Assembly: GCA_045627525.1 (NCBI GenBank)
Contig: JAZQNW010000001.1
Span: 186,395 to 250,394 of the forward strand
From: Bacilli bacterium
Lineage (GTDB): Bacteria; Bacillota_I; Bacilli_A; RF39; UBA660
Length of the DNA stretch: 64,000 nucleotides
Direction: 5' to 3'
Part shown: positions 41,464 to 53,722 of the stretch, piece by piece
Layout: each line of letters opens with the position of its first letter
How positions within the stretch are numbered: the first letter of the stretch is position 1
Position numbers and translations under genes: made by a program
Notes under the pieces: generated by a model
What the model was told of the DNA's origin: nothing
Seen by the model: only the letters and a program-made list of their open reading frames with translations
Databases searched by the model: none

Positions 41464-44400
41464 TTACTCCATAAATTGATCTTCTAATTTTTCTAAAGGC
41501 TCTTCATCCATAAATTCTGTTTTCAATTCATACTCTACATCACGGTAACTTTTACTACCAGTACCTGCTGGTATTAATTTACCAAGTATAACATTTTCTT
41601 TTAAACCAGATAATGGATCAATTTTTCCTTTTATAGCTGCATCAGTTAAGATTCTTGTAGTCTCTTGGAATGATGCTGCTGATAAGAATGAATCTGTTTC
41701 AAGAGCAGCTTTAGTAATACCAAGTAATACTGGTTTACCAACAGCTGGTTTCTTTCCTTTAATTATTGCGTCTTTATTACCTTCAGTAAATTCTCTGAAG
41801 TTAACAAGACTACCAGGTAAGAAACGAGTATCTCCACTTTCAACAATTCTAATATTAGAAATCATTCTACGTGCAATAATTTCAATATGTTTATCTGAAA
41901 TATCAACACCTTGAGAACGATAAGTATTTTGAACTTCTTTCAAAATATATTCTTGAGTAGTTATTGGATCGGTAACTGCTAACAATTCTTTAGGGCTAAT
42001 AGCGCCTTCTGTTAATTTATCACCACAAACAACTTCAGTACCCTTTTCAACACATAACTTAGAACCATAATTTGTAACATGTTCTTTTGTTTCTAGTTTA
42101 TTAGTAATACTAATCTTAAATTTACCATGATCTTCCTTAATCTTAGTAACAGTACCATCAATTTCTGCAATTGTAGCTTTTGCTTTTGGATTACGTGCTT
42201 CAAATAATTCTTGTACACGAGGAAGACCTTGAGTAATATCGGCATCACCACCATGTGCAACACCACCAGAGTGGAACGTACGCATTGTAAGCTGAGTACC
42301 AGGTTCACCAATTGATTGAGCAGCCATAACACCTACAGCTTCACCAATTTCAACTAAGTTACCAGTAGCTAAGTTACGACCATAACATTTTTGACATACA
42401 CCATTTGATGTATTACAAGTTAAGATTGTACGAATTTCTACTTCTTTTATTCCTGCAGCAATTACTTTATCAGCAAGTGATTCAGTAATAAATTGTAGCT
42501 TATCAACAATAACTTCTTTTGTTTCTGGATTAATAATTTTCTTGTTAGCAAAACGACCAACAATACGATCACGTAAACTTTCAATTACAGTACCAGTTTT
42601 TTCATTAATGAAGTCACATACAACAACACCTTGATCAGTACCACAATCAGCTTCTTTTACTATCATATCTTGAGATACATCTACTAAACGACGTGTTAAA
42701 TAACCTGAATCAGCTGTCTTCAAAGCTGTATCGGCACTACCTTTACGGGCACCATGTGTAGATAAGAAGAATTCAGCTACTGATAATCCTTCAATGAAGT
42801 TTGAAAGGATAGGAATTTCAACAGGTGTACCATCTGGCTTAGCCATGATACCACGCATACCTGCAACTTGAGTAAAGTTTGAAATGTTACCACGAGCTTT
42901 AGAGTTCATCATCAAGAATATTGGATTATCAACATCTGTATGTGAAACTTCTTCAAGTTCTGCTTTAACTTCATCTGTTGCTCCATTCCATGTTTCGATA
43001 ACTTTATTAAATCTTTCTTCTTCAGTTATTAAACCACGTTTATATTGTTTATTTATTTTATCAACAACTTTTTGTGCTTCAGCAACTATTTTAGGTTTAT
43101 TTTTACTTATTTCAACATCAGCCATACTAACTGTAATACCTGAAATTGTAGAATATTTAAATCCTAAGTCTTTTAAATTATCAAGCATTGTTGAAGTTTC
43201 AGTAGTCTTATAACGCTTAAATACTTGTGCAATAATTTTTTCCAATGTACCTTTAGCAAAAGGCTTAACTAGCGGCATTTCTTTTATTGCTTCTGGAATA
43301 TTTGTTCCTTTTTCCAAGAAATACTTATTAGGTGTTATATTTTGAATATTATCATCAGATGGTTCATTTATATAAGCAAATGAATCTGGTAATATTTCAT
43401 TAAATTTAATTTTACCAACTGTTGTAACTAAATATTTGCCCTTTTGATTTTCAGTAAATAATTTATGTCTAAATGAATCAACTGGAAGAGCAATACGTGT
43501 ATGTAAAGTTAATTCTCTTCTTTCATAAGCCATTAAAGCTTCATTAGTATTTTTAAATACACGACCTTCACCATCTTCTCCAGCTTTTTCCATAGTAATA
43601 TAATAATTACCTAAAACCATATCTTGAGAAGGTGTAACAATTGGATCTCCTGATTTTGGATGAAGAATATTGTTAGAACCTAACATTAACATACGAGCTT
43701 CTGCTTGTGCTTCTTCACTTAAAGGTACGTGAACAGCCATTTGATCACCATCAAAGTCAGCATTAAATGCAGGACAAACTAATGGGTGAAGACGAATAGC
43801 CTTTCCACCAACAAGAATTGGTTCAAATGCTTGAATACCTAATCTATGTAAAGTTGGAGCACGGTTAAGCATAACTGGATGCTCTTTAATTACTTCTTCT
43901 ACAATATCCCAAACAACAGGATCTTGATTTTCAATTAATCTCTTAGCAGCTTTTATATTATGTGCTATATCTTTTTCTACTAAACCATGGATAACATGTG
44001 GTTTAAATAATTCCAGTGCCATTTCTTTTGGTATACCACATTGATACATCTTTAATGATGGGCCAACAACGATAACAGAACGACCAGAATAATCAACACG
44101 TTTTCCTAATAAGTTTTGACGGAAACGACCTTGTTTACCCTTTAACATACTTGATAAAGATTTTAATGGTCTATTTCCAGCACCAGTTACACTTCTACCA
44201 CGACGTCCATTATCAAATAATGCATCAACAGCTTCTTGTAACATACGTTTTTCATTTTGAATAATTATAGTTGGCGCTCCTAAATCTATTAATTTCTTTA
44301 AACGATTATTACGATTAATAACACGACGATATAAATCATTTAAATCACTAGTAGCAAAACGACCACCATCAAGTTGAATCATTGGACGTAGTTCAGGTGG

Positions 44401-45102
44401 TATTACTGGAATACAATCTAAAATCATCCACTCAGGCTTATTTCCAGAAGAATAGAAAGCATCTAAAACATCAAGTCTCTTTAATAAACGAGTTCTTTTT
44501 TGTCCTTGAGCTGTTTCTAATTCCTTAGAAATTTCATCTATATCTTTCTTTAAATCAACTTTCTTTAATAATTCTTTAATTGCTTCAGCACCCATTCCTA
44601 CTCTGAAACCAGTACCATATTTTTCATAATATGCACGATATTCTTTTTCAGATAATGTTTGCTTATTTTCTAAAGGTGCATTACCTTTATCAATTACAAC
44701 ATAACTAACAAAGTATAATACTTCTTCCAAATCTCTTGGGCTCATATCAAGAACAAGACCCATACGAGAAGGAACACCTTTGAAAAACCAAATATGAGAG
44801 ACTGGAGTAGCAAGTTCAATATGTCCCATACGTTCACGACGAACTTTAGCACGTGTAACTTCAACTCCACATCTATCACAAACTATATTTTTATAACGAA
44901 CACGCTTATATTTTCCACAAGCACATTCAAAATCTTTTGTAGGTCCAAAAATCTTTTCACAGAATAAACCATCACGTTCAGGTCTTAAAGTACGATAATT
45001 TATAGTTTCTGGTTTTTTAACTTCACCATAAGACCATTCACGAATTTTTTCAGGAGAAGCTATACCTATTTTTAATGCCTCAAACTTATTTACTTCTAAC
45101 AT
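41464..45102 (-). CDS. rpoC: DNA-directed RNA polymerase subunit beta'
   Basis: NADFDGD catalytic motif, zinc-binding CxxC N-terminus, 1212 aa. Confidence 0.97.
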   Translation of the reverse strand: MLEVNKFEALKIGIASPEKIREWSYGEVKKPETINYRTLRPERDGLFCEKIFGPTKDFECACGKYKRVRYKNIVCDRCGVEVTRAKVRRERMGHIELATPVSHIWFFKGVPSRMGLVLDMSPRDLEEVLYFVSYVVIDKGNAPLENKQTLSEKEYRAYYEKYGTGFRVGMGAEAIKELLKKVDLKKDIDEISKELETAQGQKRTRLLKRLDVLDAFYSSGNKPEWMILDCIPVIPPELRPMIQLDGGRFATSDLNDLYRRVINRNNRLKKLIDLGAPTIIIQNEKRMLQEAVDALFDNGRRGRSVTGAGNRPLKSLSSMLKGKQGRFRQNLLGKRVDYSGRSVIVVGPSLKMYQCGIPKEMALELFKPHVIHGLVEKDIAHNIKAAKRLIENQDPVVWDIVEEVIKEHPVMLNRAPTLHRLGIQAFEPILVGGKAIRLHPLVCPAFNADFDGDQMAVHVPLSEEAQAEARMLMLGSNNILHPKSGDPIVTPSQDMVLGNYYITMEKAGEDGEGRVFKNTNEALMAYERRELTLHTRIALPVDSFRHKLFTENQKGKYLVTTVGKIKFNEILPDSFAYINEPSDDNIQNITPNKYFLEKGTNIPEAIKEMPLVKPFAKGTLEKIIAQVFKRYKTTETSTMLDNLKDLGFKYSTISGITVSMADVEISKNKPKIVAEAQKVVDKINKQYKRGLITEEERFNKVIETWNGATDEVKAELEEVSHTDVDNPIFLMMNSKARGNISNFTQVAGMRGIMAKPDGTPVEIPILSNFIEGLSVAEFFLSTHGARKGSADTALKTADSGYLTRRLVDVSQDMIVKEADCGTDQGVVVCDFINEKTGTVIESLRDRIVGRFANKKIINPETKEVIVDKLQFITESLADKVIAAGIKEVEIRTILTCNTSNGVCQKCYGRNLATGNLVEIGEAVGVMAAQSIGEPGTQLTMRTFHSGGVAHGGDADITQGLPRVQELFEARNPKAKATIAEIDGTVTKIKEDHGKFKISITNKLETKEHVTNYGSKLCVEKGTEVVCGDKLTEGAISPKELLAVTDPITTQEYILKEVQNTYRSQGVDISDKHIEIIARRMISNIRIVESGDTRFLPGSLVNFREFTEGNKDAIIKGKKPAVGKPVLLGITKAALETDSFLSAASFQETTRILTDAAIKGKIDPLSGLKENVILGKLIPAGTGSKSYRDVEYELKTEFMDEEPLEKLEDQFME

Positions 45103-48100
45103 TAAAACTCAGCTCCTTCCTCAAAATCTGCATCTTCTGCAAATTCTTCTTCTATAAAATCTTCATACTCTTCTTCTTCCTCTTCTTCATCTTCAACAGA
45201 TTCTTCTTCGGAAGTTGGTACCAATTCTGTAACACCAATTGACTCTACTTCTTCAATTGATCCACGATTATCTTCTCTATCCTCAGCTTCTTCTATTTCT
45301 TTTAACTCCAATGTTTCACCATTATCATCAATTATTGAAATATCTAATCCTAAAGCTTGGAATTCTTTCATCATAACTCTGAATGCCTCTGGCACACCAG
45401 CTTGGCTTACTTCTTGACCTTTAATAATTGATTCATATACTTTAACACGACCAATTACATCATCAGATTTATAAGTAATAATTTCTTGTAAAGTATGGGC
45501 AGCACCATAAGCATACAATGCCCAAACTTCCATTTCACCAAATCTTTGTCCACCAAATTGAGCTTTACCACCAAGAGGTTGTTGAGTAACTAATGAATAA
45601 GGTCCAGTAGAACGTGCATGTAATTTATCATCAACCATGTGATGTAATTTAATCATATACATAACACCTACTGAAATTCTATGATCAAATGGTTCACCAG
45701 TACGACCATCGTATAATACTGTTTTACCATCTTCATCCATTCCAGCTTCCTTCATCATTGCTTGAATATCATCAATATGTGCTCCATCAAATACTGGAGT
45801 AGCAATATGAACACCCAATTTTTTACAAGCCATACCCATATGAATTTCAAGAATTTGTCCAAAGTTCATACGAGAAGGAACACCTTGTGGATTTAACATA
45901 ATATCAACCGGAGTACCATCTGGTAAATATGGCATATCTTCTTGTGGAAGAATTAATGAAATAACACCTTTGTTACCATGACGTCCAGACATTTTATCTC
46001 CAACTTGAATCTTACGTTTTTGAATTATATATACACGAATTACTTTACTTACACCAGCAGGTAATTCATCGTTATCTTTACGAGAATAAATTTTAATATC
46101 ATGAACGATACCATCACCACCATGTGGTACACGTAATGATGTATCTCTAACTTCACGAGTTTTTTCTCCAAATATTGCATGTAATAATTTTTCTTCTGAA
46201 GTAAGTTCAGCCATACCTTTAGGAGTAACTTTACCAACTAAGATATCTCCTTCTTTTACTTCAGTACCTATTGTGATAATACCATTTTCATCTAGATTGC
46301 GACGAGCTTCTTCTGAAACATTTGGAATATCACGAGTTATTTCTTCAGGTCCTAATTTAGTTTCACGACATTGCATTTCATAATCTTCGAGATGTAAAGA
46401 TGTATATTTATCATCTTTTACTAAATTTTCATTCAAAATAACAGCATCTTCATAGTTATAACCATTAAATGTCATGAAAGCAACAGTCATATTCTTACCT
46501 AATGCAAGTTCACCTTTATCTGTTGAATTACCATCAGCAAGAACAGTTACATTTGCTTTTACCTTATCACCAACATGAACAATTGGTCTTTGATGAGAAC
46601 AAATACTAGAGTTTGCTAATTCAAAGTTAGCTAAACGATATGTATCTTTTCCATCTTTTGTCTTAACTACTATTTGTTTCGCATCAACATAATCAACAAT
46701 ACCATCTTTTTTACAAATAATTTCAACACCAGAATCCTTAGCTGCTATAAATTCAACACCAGTTCCTACAAAAGGAGCTTCTGTTTTAATTAATGGCATA
46801 GCCTGACGTTGCATGTTAGCCCCCATCAAAGCACGAGTAGCATCATCATGTTCCAAGAATGGTATACAACTTGTTGTAACAGATACAACTTGTTGAGGAG
46901 AAACATCTATATAATCAACTTGTTCAGGTTTTGCTAAAATATTTTCACCATGGAAACGAGCATTTACTAAATCGTCTATTATTTTATTAGTTTCATCAGT
47001 ACCCACAGTTGATTGAGAAATAATATAATCTAGTTCTTCATCAGCAGTCAAATAGCAAACTTCATCTGTTATTTGGCAATCAACAACTTTACGATATGGA
47101 GTCATAATAAATCCATATTCATCAATCTTTGCATAACTTGCTAAAGAAGTAATAAGTCCGATATTTGGTCCTTCAGGAGATTCAATTGGACAAATACGTC
47201 CATAATGAGAAGTGTTAACGTCACGTACTTCAACACCAGCACGATCACGAGATAATCCACCAGGTCCTAAAGCTGATAAACGACGTTTATTAGTAAGTTC
47301 AGCAATTGGATTAGTTTGATCCATGAATTGTGAAAGTTGGGAACTACCAAAGAATTCTTTCATAGCAGCAGTTACTGGACGAATATTAATCAATGTCTTT
47401 GGAGTAACTTCTTCCATTTCTTGAGTAGTCATTCTTTCACGAATAACTCTCTCCATACGTGAAACACCAATTCTAAATTGGTTTTGTAATAATTCACCAA
47501 CTTGACGAATACGGCGATTTCCTAAATGATCGATTTCATCAAAGTTACCAACACCACGTAATAAATTCAAATAATAAGAAACTGAAGCATAAACATCAGA
47601 AATAGTCAAACGTTTAACATCAATAGTTTGATCATTACCAATAACTAATAATTTCTTTTTCTTATCAGATGGATCATAAATTTTTACTACTTGAACCTTA
47701 TTATAAGTATCTAATTCTTCATTTACTTTTACTTCACAAACACCAAAACCACTAGCTAAAGCTTCCTTCAAAGTTTCTAAATTAGCTTTTGTAATTTTAG
47801 TACCCTTTTCAATTACAACTTCTTCACCATTTTTAATATCTTCAGCAACAGTTTGATCAAGTAATCTATCAGCAGCACTTAACTTTCTATTAAATTTATA
47901 ACGACCAACTTTAGCTAAATCATATCTAAATTCATCGAAGAAACGAGTAATAATTTGGTTTTTTGATGAATCAAGTGTAGCTGGTTCACCTGGTCTTAAT
48001 TTTTCATAAATTTCAATTAATGCTTCATCTGTATTTTTTGTTGAATCTTTAGCTATTGTATTCTTTAAATAGTCATCTTCACCAAACATATTTAAAATAT

Positions 48101-48716
48101 CTTCATCGCTTGATAAACCAAAAGCACGTAGTAAAGTTGTTAAAGTAACTTTTCTAGTACGATCTATACGAACATACATAACATCACGAGCATCTGTTTC
48201 AAATTCTAACCAAGTACCACGAGTTGGAATAATTTGAGAAGTGATTAATTCACGACCATTTTTATCTATTTCACTATTGAAATAAACACTTGGTGAACGA
48301 ACCAACTGAGAAACAATTACACGTTCAGCACCATTAATAACAAAAGTTCCACTATCTGTCATTATTGGCATATCACCCATGAAAATTTCTTGTTCTTTTA
48401 CTTCACCAGTTTCACGATTAAATAAACGAACTTCAACTCTCAAAGGAGCAGAATAAGTAGTTTCACGGTCCTTACTTTCTTTGATTGAATAACGAGGTTC
48501 ATCAAAATGATAATCACCAAATTCAAGTGATAAAGTTCCAGAGAAATTTTCTACTGGAAACAAATCCTCAAATACTTCCTTAATACCAGTTTCGATAAAC
48601 CAGTCATAAGATTTTTTTTGAATTTCCAACAAATCTTTCAATTCATAGGTATTTCTGATTTTAGAGAAATTTCTTCTCTTTCGATAGTCACCACATTTTA
48701 CAATTTTATATGACAC
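45102..48716 (-). CDS. rpoB: DNA-directed RNA polymerase subunit beta (acidic E/D-rich C-terminal tail)
   Basis: Conserved RpoB blocks throughout; 1-nt UAAUG overlap with rpoC. Confidence 0.97.
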   Translation of the reverse strand: MSYKIVKCGDYRKRRNFSKIRNTYELKDLLEIQKKSYDWFIETGIKEVFEDLFPVENFSGTLSLEFGDYHFDEPRYSIKESKDRETTYSAPLRVEVRLFNRETGEVKEQEIFMGDMPIMTDSGTFVINGAERVIVSQLVRSPSVYFNSEIDKNGRELITSQIIPTRGTWLEFETDARDVMYVRIDRTRKVTLTTLLRAFGLSSDEDILNMFGEDDYLKNTIAKDSTKNTDEALIEIYEKLRPGEPATLDSSKNQIITRFFDEFRYDLAKVGRYKFNRKLSAADRLLDQTVAEDIKNGEEVVIEKGTKITKANLETLKEALASGFGVCEVKVNEELDTYNKVQVVKIYDPSDKKKKLLVIGNDQTIDVKRLTISDVYASVSYYLNLLRGVGNFDEIDHLGNRRIRQVGELLQNQFRIGVSRMERVIRERMTTQEMEEVTPKTLINIRPVTAAMKEFFGSSQLSQFMDQTNPIAELTNKRRLSALGPGGLSRDRAGVEVRDVNTSHYGRICPIESPEGPNIGLITSLASYAKIDEYGFIMTPYRKVVDCQITDEVCYLTADEELDYIISQSTVGTDETNKIIDDLVNARFHGENILAKPEQVDYIDVSPQQVVSVTTSCIPFLEHDDATRALMGANMQRQAMPLIKTEAPFVGTGVEFIAAKDSGVEIICKKDGIVDYVDAKQIVVKTKDGKDTYRLANFELANSSICSHQRPIVHVGDKVKANVTVLADGNSTDKGELALGKNMTVAFMTFNGYNYEDAVILNENLVKDDKYTSLHLEDYEMQCRETKLGPEEITRDIPNVSEEARRNLDENGIITIGTEVKEGDILVGKVTPKGMAELTSEEKLLHAIFGEKTREVRDTSLRVPHGGDGIVHDIKIYSRKDNDELPAGVSKVIRVYIIQKRKIQVGDKMSGRHGNKGVISLILPQEDMPYLPDGTPVDIMLNPQGVPSRMNFGQILEIHMGMACKKLGVHIATPVFDGAHIDDIQAMMKEAGMDEDGKTVLYDGRTGEPFDHRISVGVMYMIKLHHMVDDKLHARSTGPYSLVTQQPLGGKAQFGGQRFGEMEVWALYAYGAAHTLQEIITYKSDDVIGRVKVYESIIKGQEVSQAGVPEAFRVMMKEFQALGLDISIIDDNGETLELKEIEEAEDREDNRGSIEEVESIGVTELVPTSEEESVEDEEEEEEEYEDFIEEEFAEDADFEEGAEF

Positions 48717-48775
48717 GATTTTTCACCCCACATACATATTTTATAGATTCTCATATAATGAGCAGACAAGTTATA

Positions 48776-48804
48776 TTATTAACATAAACCAAAAATGATG
48801 TCAA
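48776..48804 (-). promoter_or_regulatory. candidate sigma-A promoter for rpoBC (TTGACA-17-TAATAA)
   Basis: Perfect -35 hexamer with 17-nt spacer ~60 nt upstream of rpoB start. Confidence 0.35.
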
Positions 48805-49389
48805 TTACAAACTGCATCTTATTATATAAAAACCCTTACTCTTTTTCAATACTTCTACAGTATATACTTTTTGCAAGTCGATAATTAGCGATTTTGCCCC
48901 TTGTTCTTTGCGAATCACAAGAAAAAGCTTACCATTATCTAAAAGATAATTCTTAGCATTCATCACTATATCATAGACTACTTTTTTACCAGCCCTTATC
49001 GGAGGATTAGTAATAATGGAAGAGTATTTTGAAGAAATATTTTCATATACATTACTTTGAAAAACATTAACATTAAAAACGCCATTTTCTTTAGCATTTC
49101 TCTCAGCTAAATGTAATGCTCTCAAATTGACATCTACCATATCAACGTGAGAAGAAGTAACTTTAGAAATAACAATACCAAATACTCCATAACCGCAACC
49201 CATATCAAGAATTTTGCCTCCAACCTCTTCAAGCGGGATTGATTCAAGAAGAAGTCTACTGCCAAAATCCAAACCGTCTTTTGAAAAAACACCATTATCG
49301 GTTAAAAATGTAAATTTATTACCAAGTACAAAACATTCAGTTTTTTTTACCTTACTTGGTAATTCCTCGTTAGTAAAATATTGCCCCAT
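48805..49389 (-). CDS. class I SAM-dependent methyltransferase (RsmC/YbxB-like); start moved to MGQYF with AAGGAG RBS
   Basis: ILDMGCGYGVFG SAM motif I and NPPI motif; conserved position between rplL and rpoB as Bacillus ybxB. Confidence 0.75.
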   Translation of the reverse strand: MGQYFTNEELPSKVKKTECFVLGNKFTFLTDNGVFSKDGLDFGSRLLLESIPLEEVGGKILDMGCGYGVFGIVISKVTSSHVDMVDVNLRALHLAERNAKENGVFNVNVFQSNVYENISSKYSSIITNPPIRAGKKVVYDIVMNAKNYLLDNGKLFLVIRKEQGAKSLIIDLQKVYTVEVLKKSKGFYIIRCSL

Positions 49390-49587
49390 TTTTAACTCCT
49401 TTTCGACAAAAAAAGAAGAAGAAAACCATTTAAAAATAATATAGTTTTCTTCCTTTCGAAACATATAATACAACAAATATTAATATATGTCAAATATTTT
49501 TTTAATTATTTTGCTAAAATCTATTATTTAAGCTGTTATTATTATCTAAATATTTCTAATAATTTAAAATACATATAATAAATAAAA

Positions 49588-49613
49588 CAAAAAAAGAATC
49601 ACAAATGTGATTC
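49588..49613 (-). terminator. intrinsic terminator after rplL
   Basis: GGAAUCACAUUUGUGAUUC hairpin followed by U7 on minus strand. Confidence 0.5.
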
Positions 49614-49632
49614 CAAAATACTCATAATGTTA

Positions 49633-50001
49633 TTATTTAACTTCAACTGTTGCTCCAGCTTCTTCTAATTTAGCTTTAATTTCTTCAGCTTCAGCTACAG
49701 CAATATTTTCTTTAACAACACCATTAGCATCAACGATATCTTTAGATTCTTTTAATCCTAAACCAGTAATTTCTTTAACAACTTTAATTACAGCTACCTT
49801 AGCAGCTCCAGCATCAGCGATTGATACAGTAACTGTGCTTGGTCCTTCTTCAGCAGCAGCTCCAGCAGCAGGTGCAGCAACAGCTACAGCTGATGGATCA
49901 ACTCCAAATTCTTCCTTCATTGCATCTACTAATTCTTTAATTTCTAATAAAGTCATTTCTTTTAAACTACTGATAAATTCATCTCTTGTTAATTTTGCCA
50001 T
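49633..50001 (-). CDS. rplL: 50S ribosomal protein L7/L12
   Basis: Ala-rich hinge, conserved CTD. Confidence 0.95.
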   Translation of the reverse strand: MAKLTRDEFISSLKEMTLLEIKELVDAMKEEFGVDPSAVAVAAPAAGAAAEEGPSTVTVSIADAGAAKVAVIKVVKEITGLGLKESKDIVDANGVVKENIAVAEAEEIKAKLEEAGATVEVK

Positions 50002-50031
50002 TTTATTTTTCCTCCTATATATTTTTATTTA

Positions 50032-50523
50032 TTAATTTTCTTTTTGTTGACTATATAAGTCTAAACAGATTGATAAGTCTCTTGCAATACCAATCATACC
50101 ACCAGCAAGCATTGTAAGTAGTCCTTCTCTTGATGGTATTGTAGCATATTCAGCCAATTTAGCTTGATCTGCCTTTTCTCCATCTACAATCCCTACTTTT
50201 AAAACTAATGCTGGATGACTTTTAGCGAATTCAGACAATGTCTTGATAGGTGCGATTTGATCTTCACCATAAGCAAAAGCACTTGGCCCAGTTAATGATT
50301 CATTTAAATCAATACCTAAATCATTAAAAGCACGAGCCATTAAAGTATTTTTATATACTTTATAATCAGAATTTGATTCTCTTAATTTACAACGTAATTC
50401 TTTTGCTTCGCTATCAGTGATACCACGATAATCGAATAAAACGATAGTCTTAGCAGATTGTACGCGATCTTTAATTTCATCAATTACTAATTGCTTTTGT
50501 TTCAAGATTGCTTCACTTGCCAT
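50032..50523 (-). CDS. rplJ: 50S ribosomal protein L10 (start moved to MASEAILKQ Met with GGAGG RBS)
   Basis: L10 conservation; ORF-track N-terminus extends into leader. Confidence 0.9.
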   Translation of the reverse strand: MASEAILKQKQLVIDEIKDRVQSAKTIVLFDYRGITDSEAKELRCKLRESNSDYKVYKNTLMARAFNDLGIDLNESLTGPSAFAYGEDQIAPIKTLSEFAKSHPALVLKVGIVDGEKADQAKLAEYATIPSREGLLTMLAGGMIGIARDLSICLDLYSQQKEN

Positions 50524-50681
50524 AAAACACCTCCTTAATCTATTTAGGGATGCCATAAAAAAGTTCTTTAACCAGACAGCCAAAGAACTTTTGAATACTT
50601 ATTAAAGTCCTCGGTAGGATTTATTTTTTTACCTACTGTCTATGGCACCAACAAATTGTCTTTATTATATACTATAAAATC
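50524..50681 (-). promoter_or_regulatory. probable L10(L12) autoregulatory leader
   Basis: ~160-nt structured untranslated region between rplA and rplJ, conserved location of L10 leader in Firmicutes; not structurally verified here. Confidence 0.4.
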
Positions 50682-51377
50682 CTATTTGTCAAAATTATTT
50701 TCAACTTTAATTCCAGGACCCATAGTAGAAGCTATAGAAATATTCTTAACATATTCACCTTTTGCTGTTGCAGGCTTAATTTTAATAATATGTGAAACGA
50801 ATGCTTCTAAGTTTGCTAATAAATCTTCTTCTGAGAATGAAACTTTTCCAATAACTGCATGAATATTACCATAACTGTCTGTTCTATATTCAACACGTCC
50901 AGCTTTAACTTCTGAAATTGCTTTAACAACATCCATAGTTACAGTACCAGTTTTAGGATTTGGCATTAAACCTTTTGGTCCTAAAACCTTACCTAATTTA
51001 CCAAGAAGTGGCATCATATCAGGTGTTGCAATCATAGTATCAAAATCGAACCAATTTTCTTTTTCAATTTTTTCTAACATATCTACATCACCAACAAAAT
51101 CAGCTCCAGCTTCTTTTGCTTGGTTAGCTTTTTCTCCCTTAGCTATTACTAATACTTTTTTTGTTTTACCAGTTCCTTTTGGAAGTACAATAGCACCTCT
51201 TAATTGTTGATCTGCTTTTTTAGTATCTAGATTTAATCTCATAGCAACTTCAACAGAACCATCAAAAGAACTAGTAGAAGTTAATTTTACTAACTTAACA
51301 GCTTCTTCTTTTGAATATACTTTGTTCTTTTCAATTTTTGATAGAGCTTCAGTATATTTCTTACTTCTCTTTTTCAT
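50682..51377 (-). CDS. rplA: 50S ribosomal protein L1
   Basis: L1 conservation, 231 aa. Confidence 0.95.
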   Translation of the reverse strand: MKKRSKKYTEALSKIEKNKVYSKEEAVKLVKLTSTSSFDGSVEVAMRLNLDTKKADQQLRGAIVLPKGTGKTKKVLVIAKGEKANQAKEAGADFVGDVDMLEKIEKENWFDFDTMIATPDMMPLLGKLGKVLGPKGLMPNPKTGTVTMDVVKAISEVKAGRVEYRTDSYGNIHAVIGKVSFSEEDLLANLEAFVSHIIKIKPATAKGEYVKNISIASTMGPGIKVENNFDK

Positions 51378-51467
51378 TTTCTTTCCTCCTTATGTGGTAA
51401 AAGCGGATTATTTAATTCCTTCCACATAGGTTAAACCTATATGATAAATTACTTATTAAAATTGCTA

Positions 51468-51893
51468 TTAATCTTCTACAGCAATTCCCATATTTTTAGC
51501 AGTACCTTCTACAATTTTCATTGCTTCATCTACTGAATATGCATTTAAATCTGGTAATTTAATTTCTGCTATTTCTTTTAATTGAGCTTTAGTAATTTTA
51601 CCAGCAACTTCTTTAGATCCTTTAACTGAACCTTTTTGAACTTTTGCATATTTCTTAAGTAAAGCACTTGTAGGTGGAGTTTTAATAATAAAATCAAAAC
51701 TTCTATCATCATAAATAGATATTTCTACTGGTACAATGTCACCCATCTTATCTCTAGTAGCATCATTATACTTAGTACAAAAATCTTGTAGATTGATTCC
51801 TGCAGGTCCTAATACAGTACCAACTGGTGGTGCTGGTGTTGCTTTTCCTGCTGGAATTTGAATTTTAATTTTCTTTATTGCTTCCTTTGCCAC
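51468..51893 (-). CDS. rplK: 50S ribosomal protein L11 (GTG start VAKEAIKK with GGAGGTG RBS)
   Basis: IKLQIPAGKATPAPPVG L11 signature. Confidence 0.9.
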   Translation of the reverse strand: MAKEAIKKIKIQIPAGKATPAPPVGTVLGPAGINLQDFCTKYNDATRDKMGDIVPVEISIYDDRSFDFIIKTPPTSALLKKYAKVQKGSVKGSKEVAGKITKAQLKEIAEIKLPDLNAYSVDEAMKIVEGTAKNMGIAVED

Positions 51894-52045
51894 GAAAAAC
51901 ACCTCCTATATTTTTAGTTTTCGCGTGTGGTCCAAATAGCTTGATTCCCGCTTTAATAAATGCAAACCATGCTTCCCACAAAATCTATATTAATTAAATA
52001 TAGCCCCTAAATAATAACATAAAGCATTTGATATTTCAAGTGTTT

Positions 52046-52579
52046 TTATGCTTTTTCTATTTGACTTAGTTCAACTTCAACTGATGTCTCTTGACCAAAT
52101 AAATCAACAAGTAACATAACTTTTTGATTAGGTATATCAACTGAATCAACAGTACCAAACATTCCTTGGAATGGTCCAGCACTAATTTTAACTTTAGCAC
52201 CTACTGTTAATTCTTTATCAACATCAATTCTGCTAATACCCATATTACCAAGAATTTTATCAACTTCTTGAGGTTGTAATGGTGTAGGTTTAGCACCCTT
52301 TCCACTTGAACCAATAAATCCAGTAACACCTGGTGTATTACGAACTACATACCATGCTTCATCAGTCATTACCATTTCTACTAATATATAACCAGGAAAC
52401 ATCTTTTTAATCTTTTCCTTAGTTACACCATCTTTTACTTCAACAATTTTTTCTTCTGGAATAACAACTCTATAGATAAAATCTTGCATATCCATAGATT
52501 CTGCTCTCATTTCCAATTTTTCCTTAACTTTATTTTCATGTCCTGAATAAGTATTAACTACATACCATTGTTTATCCAT
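52046..52579 (-). CDS. nusG: transcription termination/antitermination factor NusG (start moved to MDKQWYVV)
   Basis: WYVVNTYSGHENKVK NGN domain, C-terminal KOW. Confidence 0.9.
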   Translation of the reverse strand: MDKQWYVVNTYSGHENKVKEKLEMRAESMDMQDFIYRVVIPEEKIVEVKDGVTKEKIKKMFPGYILVEMVMTDEAWYVVRNTPGVTGFIGSSGKGAKPTPLQPQEVDKILGNMGISRIDVDKELTVGAKVKISAGPFQGMFGTVDSVDIPNQKVMLLVDLFGQETSVEVELSQIEKA

Positions 52580-52589
52580 AAATAGCCTC

Positions 52590-52859
52590 CTAATTAAATA
52601 ATGCTTGAACAAATGCAAAAATAATATCTATTAAATAAAAGAATAAAGCCAAAAATATTATAAATATAATTGTTGCAATAGAATAACGAACTAATTCTTT
52701 TTTGCTTGGCCAATGAACTTTAGAAATTTCACTTTTAACTCCATGACAGAATATTCTAAATCTTACCCATAAACTCTTCTTTTCTGATTTCTTTGAAGTC
52801 ATCTTCTTATTCTCTTTTTCTTTTTCATTTTCTGCTTTAACTTTTTTTGTTTCAGCCAT
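52590..52859 (-). CDS. secE: preprotein translocase subunit SecE
   Basis: Single C-terminal TM, conserved position upstream of nusG; start uncertain. Confidence 0.7.
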   Translation of the reverse strand: MAETKKVKAENEKEKENKKMTSKKSEKKSLWVRFRIFCHGVKSEISKVHWPSKKELVRYSIATIIFIIFLALFFYLIDIIFAFVQALFN

Positions 52860-52951
52860 ATTTATCAATCTCCTATTTTTTTTCAAAATAAAAACACTTC
52901 CATGTGTTCACCATTAAAATAACACAAACAAATGGAAATGTCAAATATTAA

Positions 52952-53671
52952 TTAATTTAAAGTAAGCATTAAGAAAATAATTGATCCTATAACAGTCAAT
53001 ATAATTGGAATAATTAATAATGTAGTAAATGCAGCATCACTTAAACCCCCTGATAATGATTTATATATATTGTCATTAACTCCAGTGTTCATAGTATCAT
53101 AATCAGCAAATATACCATTACTTTTTACTAACTTTTTACCTCTTTCATTAGTATTATTAGAGCTATCTAATTCTTTTTCTAAGTTATCATAATCACGTTT
53201 TTTCTTTTCCAATAAATAATCAATTAAATAAACACTAGCTCCTCTTTCAACAACACCACGATAATATGGTATATTATCTTCTGGTAAAAATTGAGAAAAT
53301 TCAGAAAAATTATTTTTTAAAAAGTCAGGTTTTAAATAATTTAAGCAATTACTATAAATGCCAATTTGTAACATTACTGATCGACTAATATCTTTTTTTA
53401 TTATTTCCTTTTTTTCCATAGAATCGTTTGGCAACCTATCTAAGTAATCAAATCGCACTAGATTCACATCACCATTTACCAATTCAATATGCTCAGGGTT
53501 AAATGAACAAATATGATAGCCTTTATTATGTAAATATTTCATAGCAGCATCTGCATTAACACAAAAATCATCAAACTCTTTCTCATTATAAGAAGAAGCT
53601 AGATAATCATTTAATGAAATACTACTGGAATTATCAGTATCATAATCATGTATATCAATAACATTAGCCAT
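52952..53671 (-). CDS. hypothetical tail-anchored cytoplasmic protein occupying the sigH-secE intergenic slot
   Basis: 239 aa, single C-terminal TM (AAFTTLLIIPIILTVIGSIIFLMLTLN); LHNKGYHICSFNPEHIEL resembles a degenerate kinase catalytic loop. Confidence 0.5.
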   Translation of the reverse strand: MANVIDIHDYDTDNSSSISLNDYLASSYNEKEFDDFCVNADAAMKYLHNKGYHICSFNPEHIELVNGDVNLVRFDYLDRLPNDSMEKKEIIKKDISRSVMLQIGIYSNCLNYLKPDFLKNNFSEFSQFLPEDNIPYYRGVVERGASVYLIDYLLEKKKRDYDNLEKELDSSNNTNERGKKLVKSNGIFADYDTMNTGVNDNIYKSLSGGLSDAAFTTLLIIPIILTVIGSIIFLMLTLN

Positions 53672-53722
53672 ATCTTCTCACCCTAACTTAATTTTAAAAC
53701 AAAAAATCAAAAAAAACAAATA

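Noticed and set aside
41464-48716. Several 60-110-aa ORFs antisense or out of frame inside rpoB/rpoC (42093-42332, 42884-43213, 46049-46237)
   Set aside because: Shadow ORFs within highly conserved RNA polymerase genes; no independent support
52952-53671. Calling the sigH-adjacent protein a bona fide Ser/Thr kinase
   Set aside because: Only a catalytic-loop-like stretch is present, key HRD/DFG residues are substituted and there is no N-lobe/ATP-binding Gly loop; kept as a cautious pseudokinase-like/anti-sigma hypothesis instead
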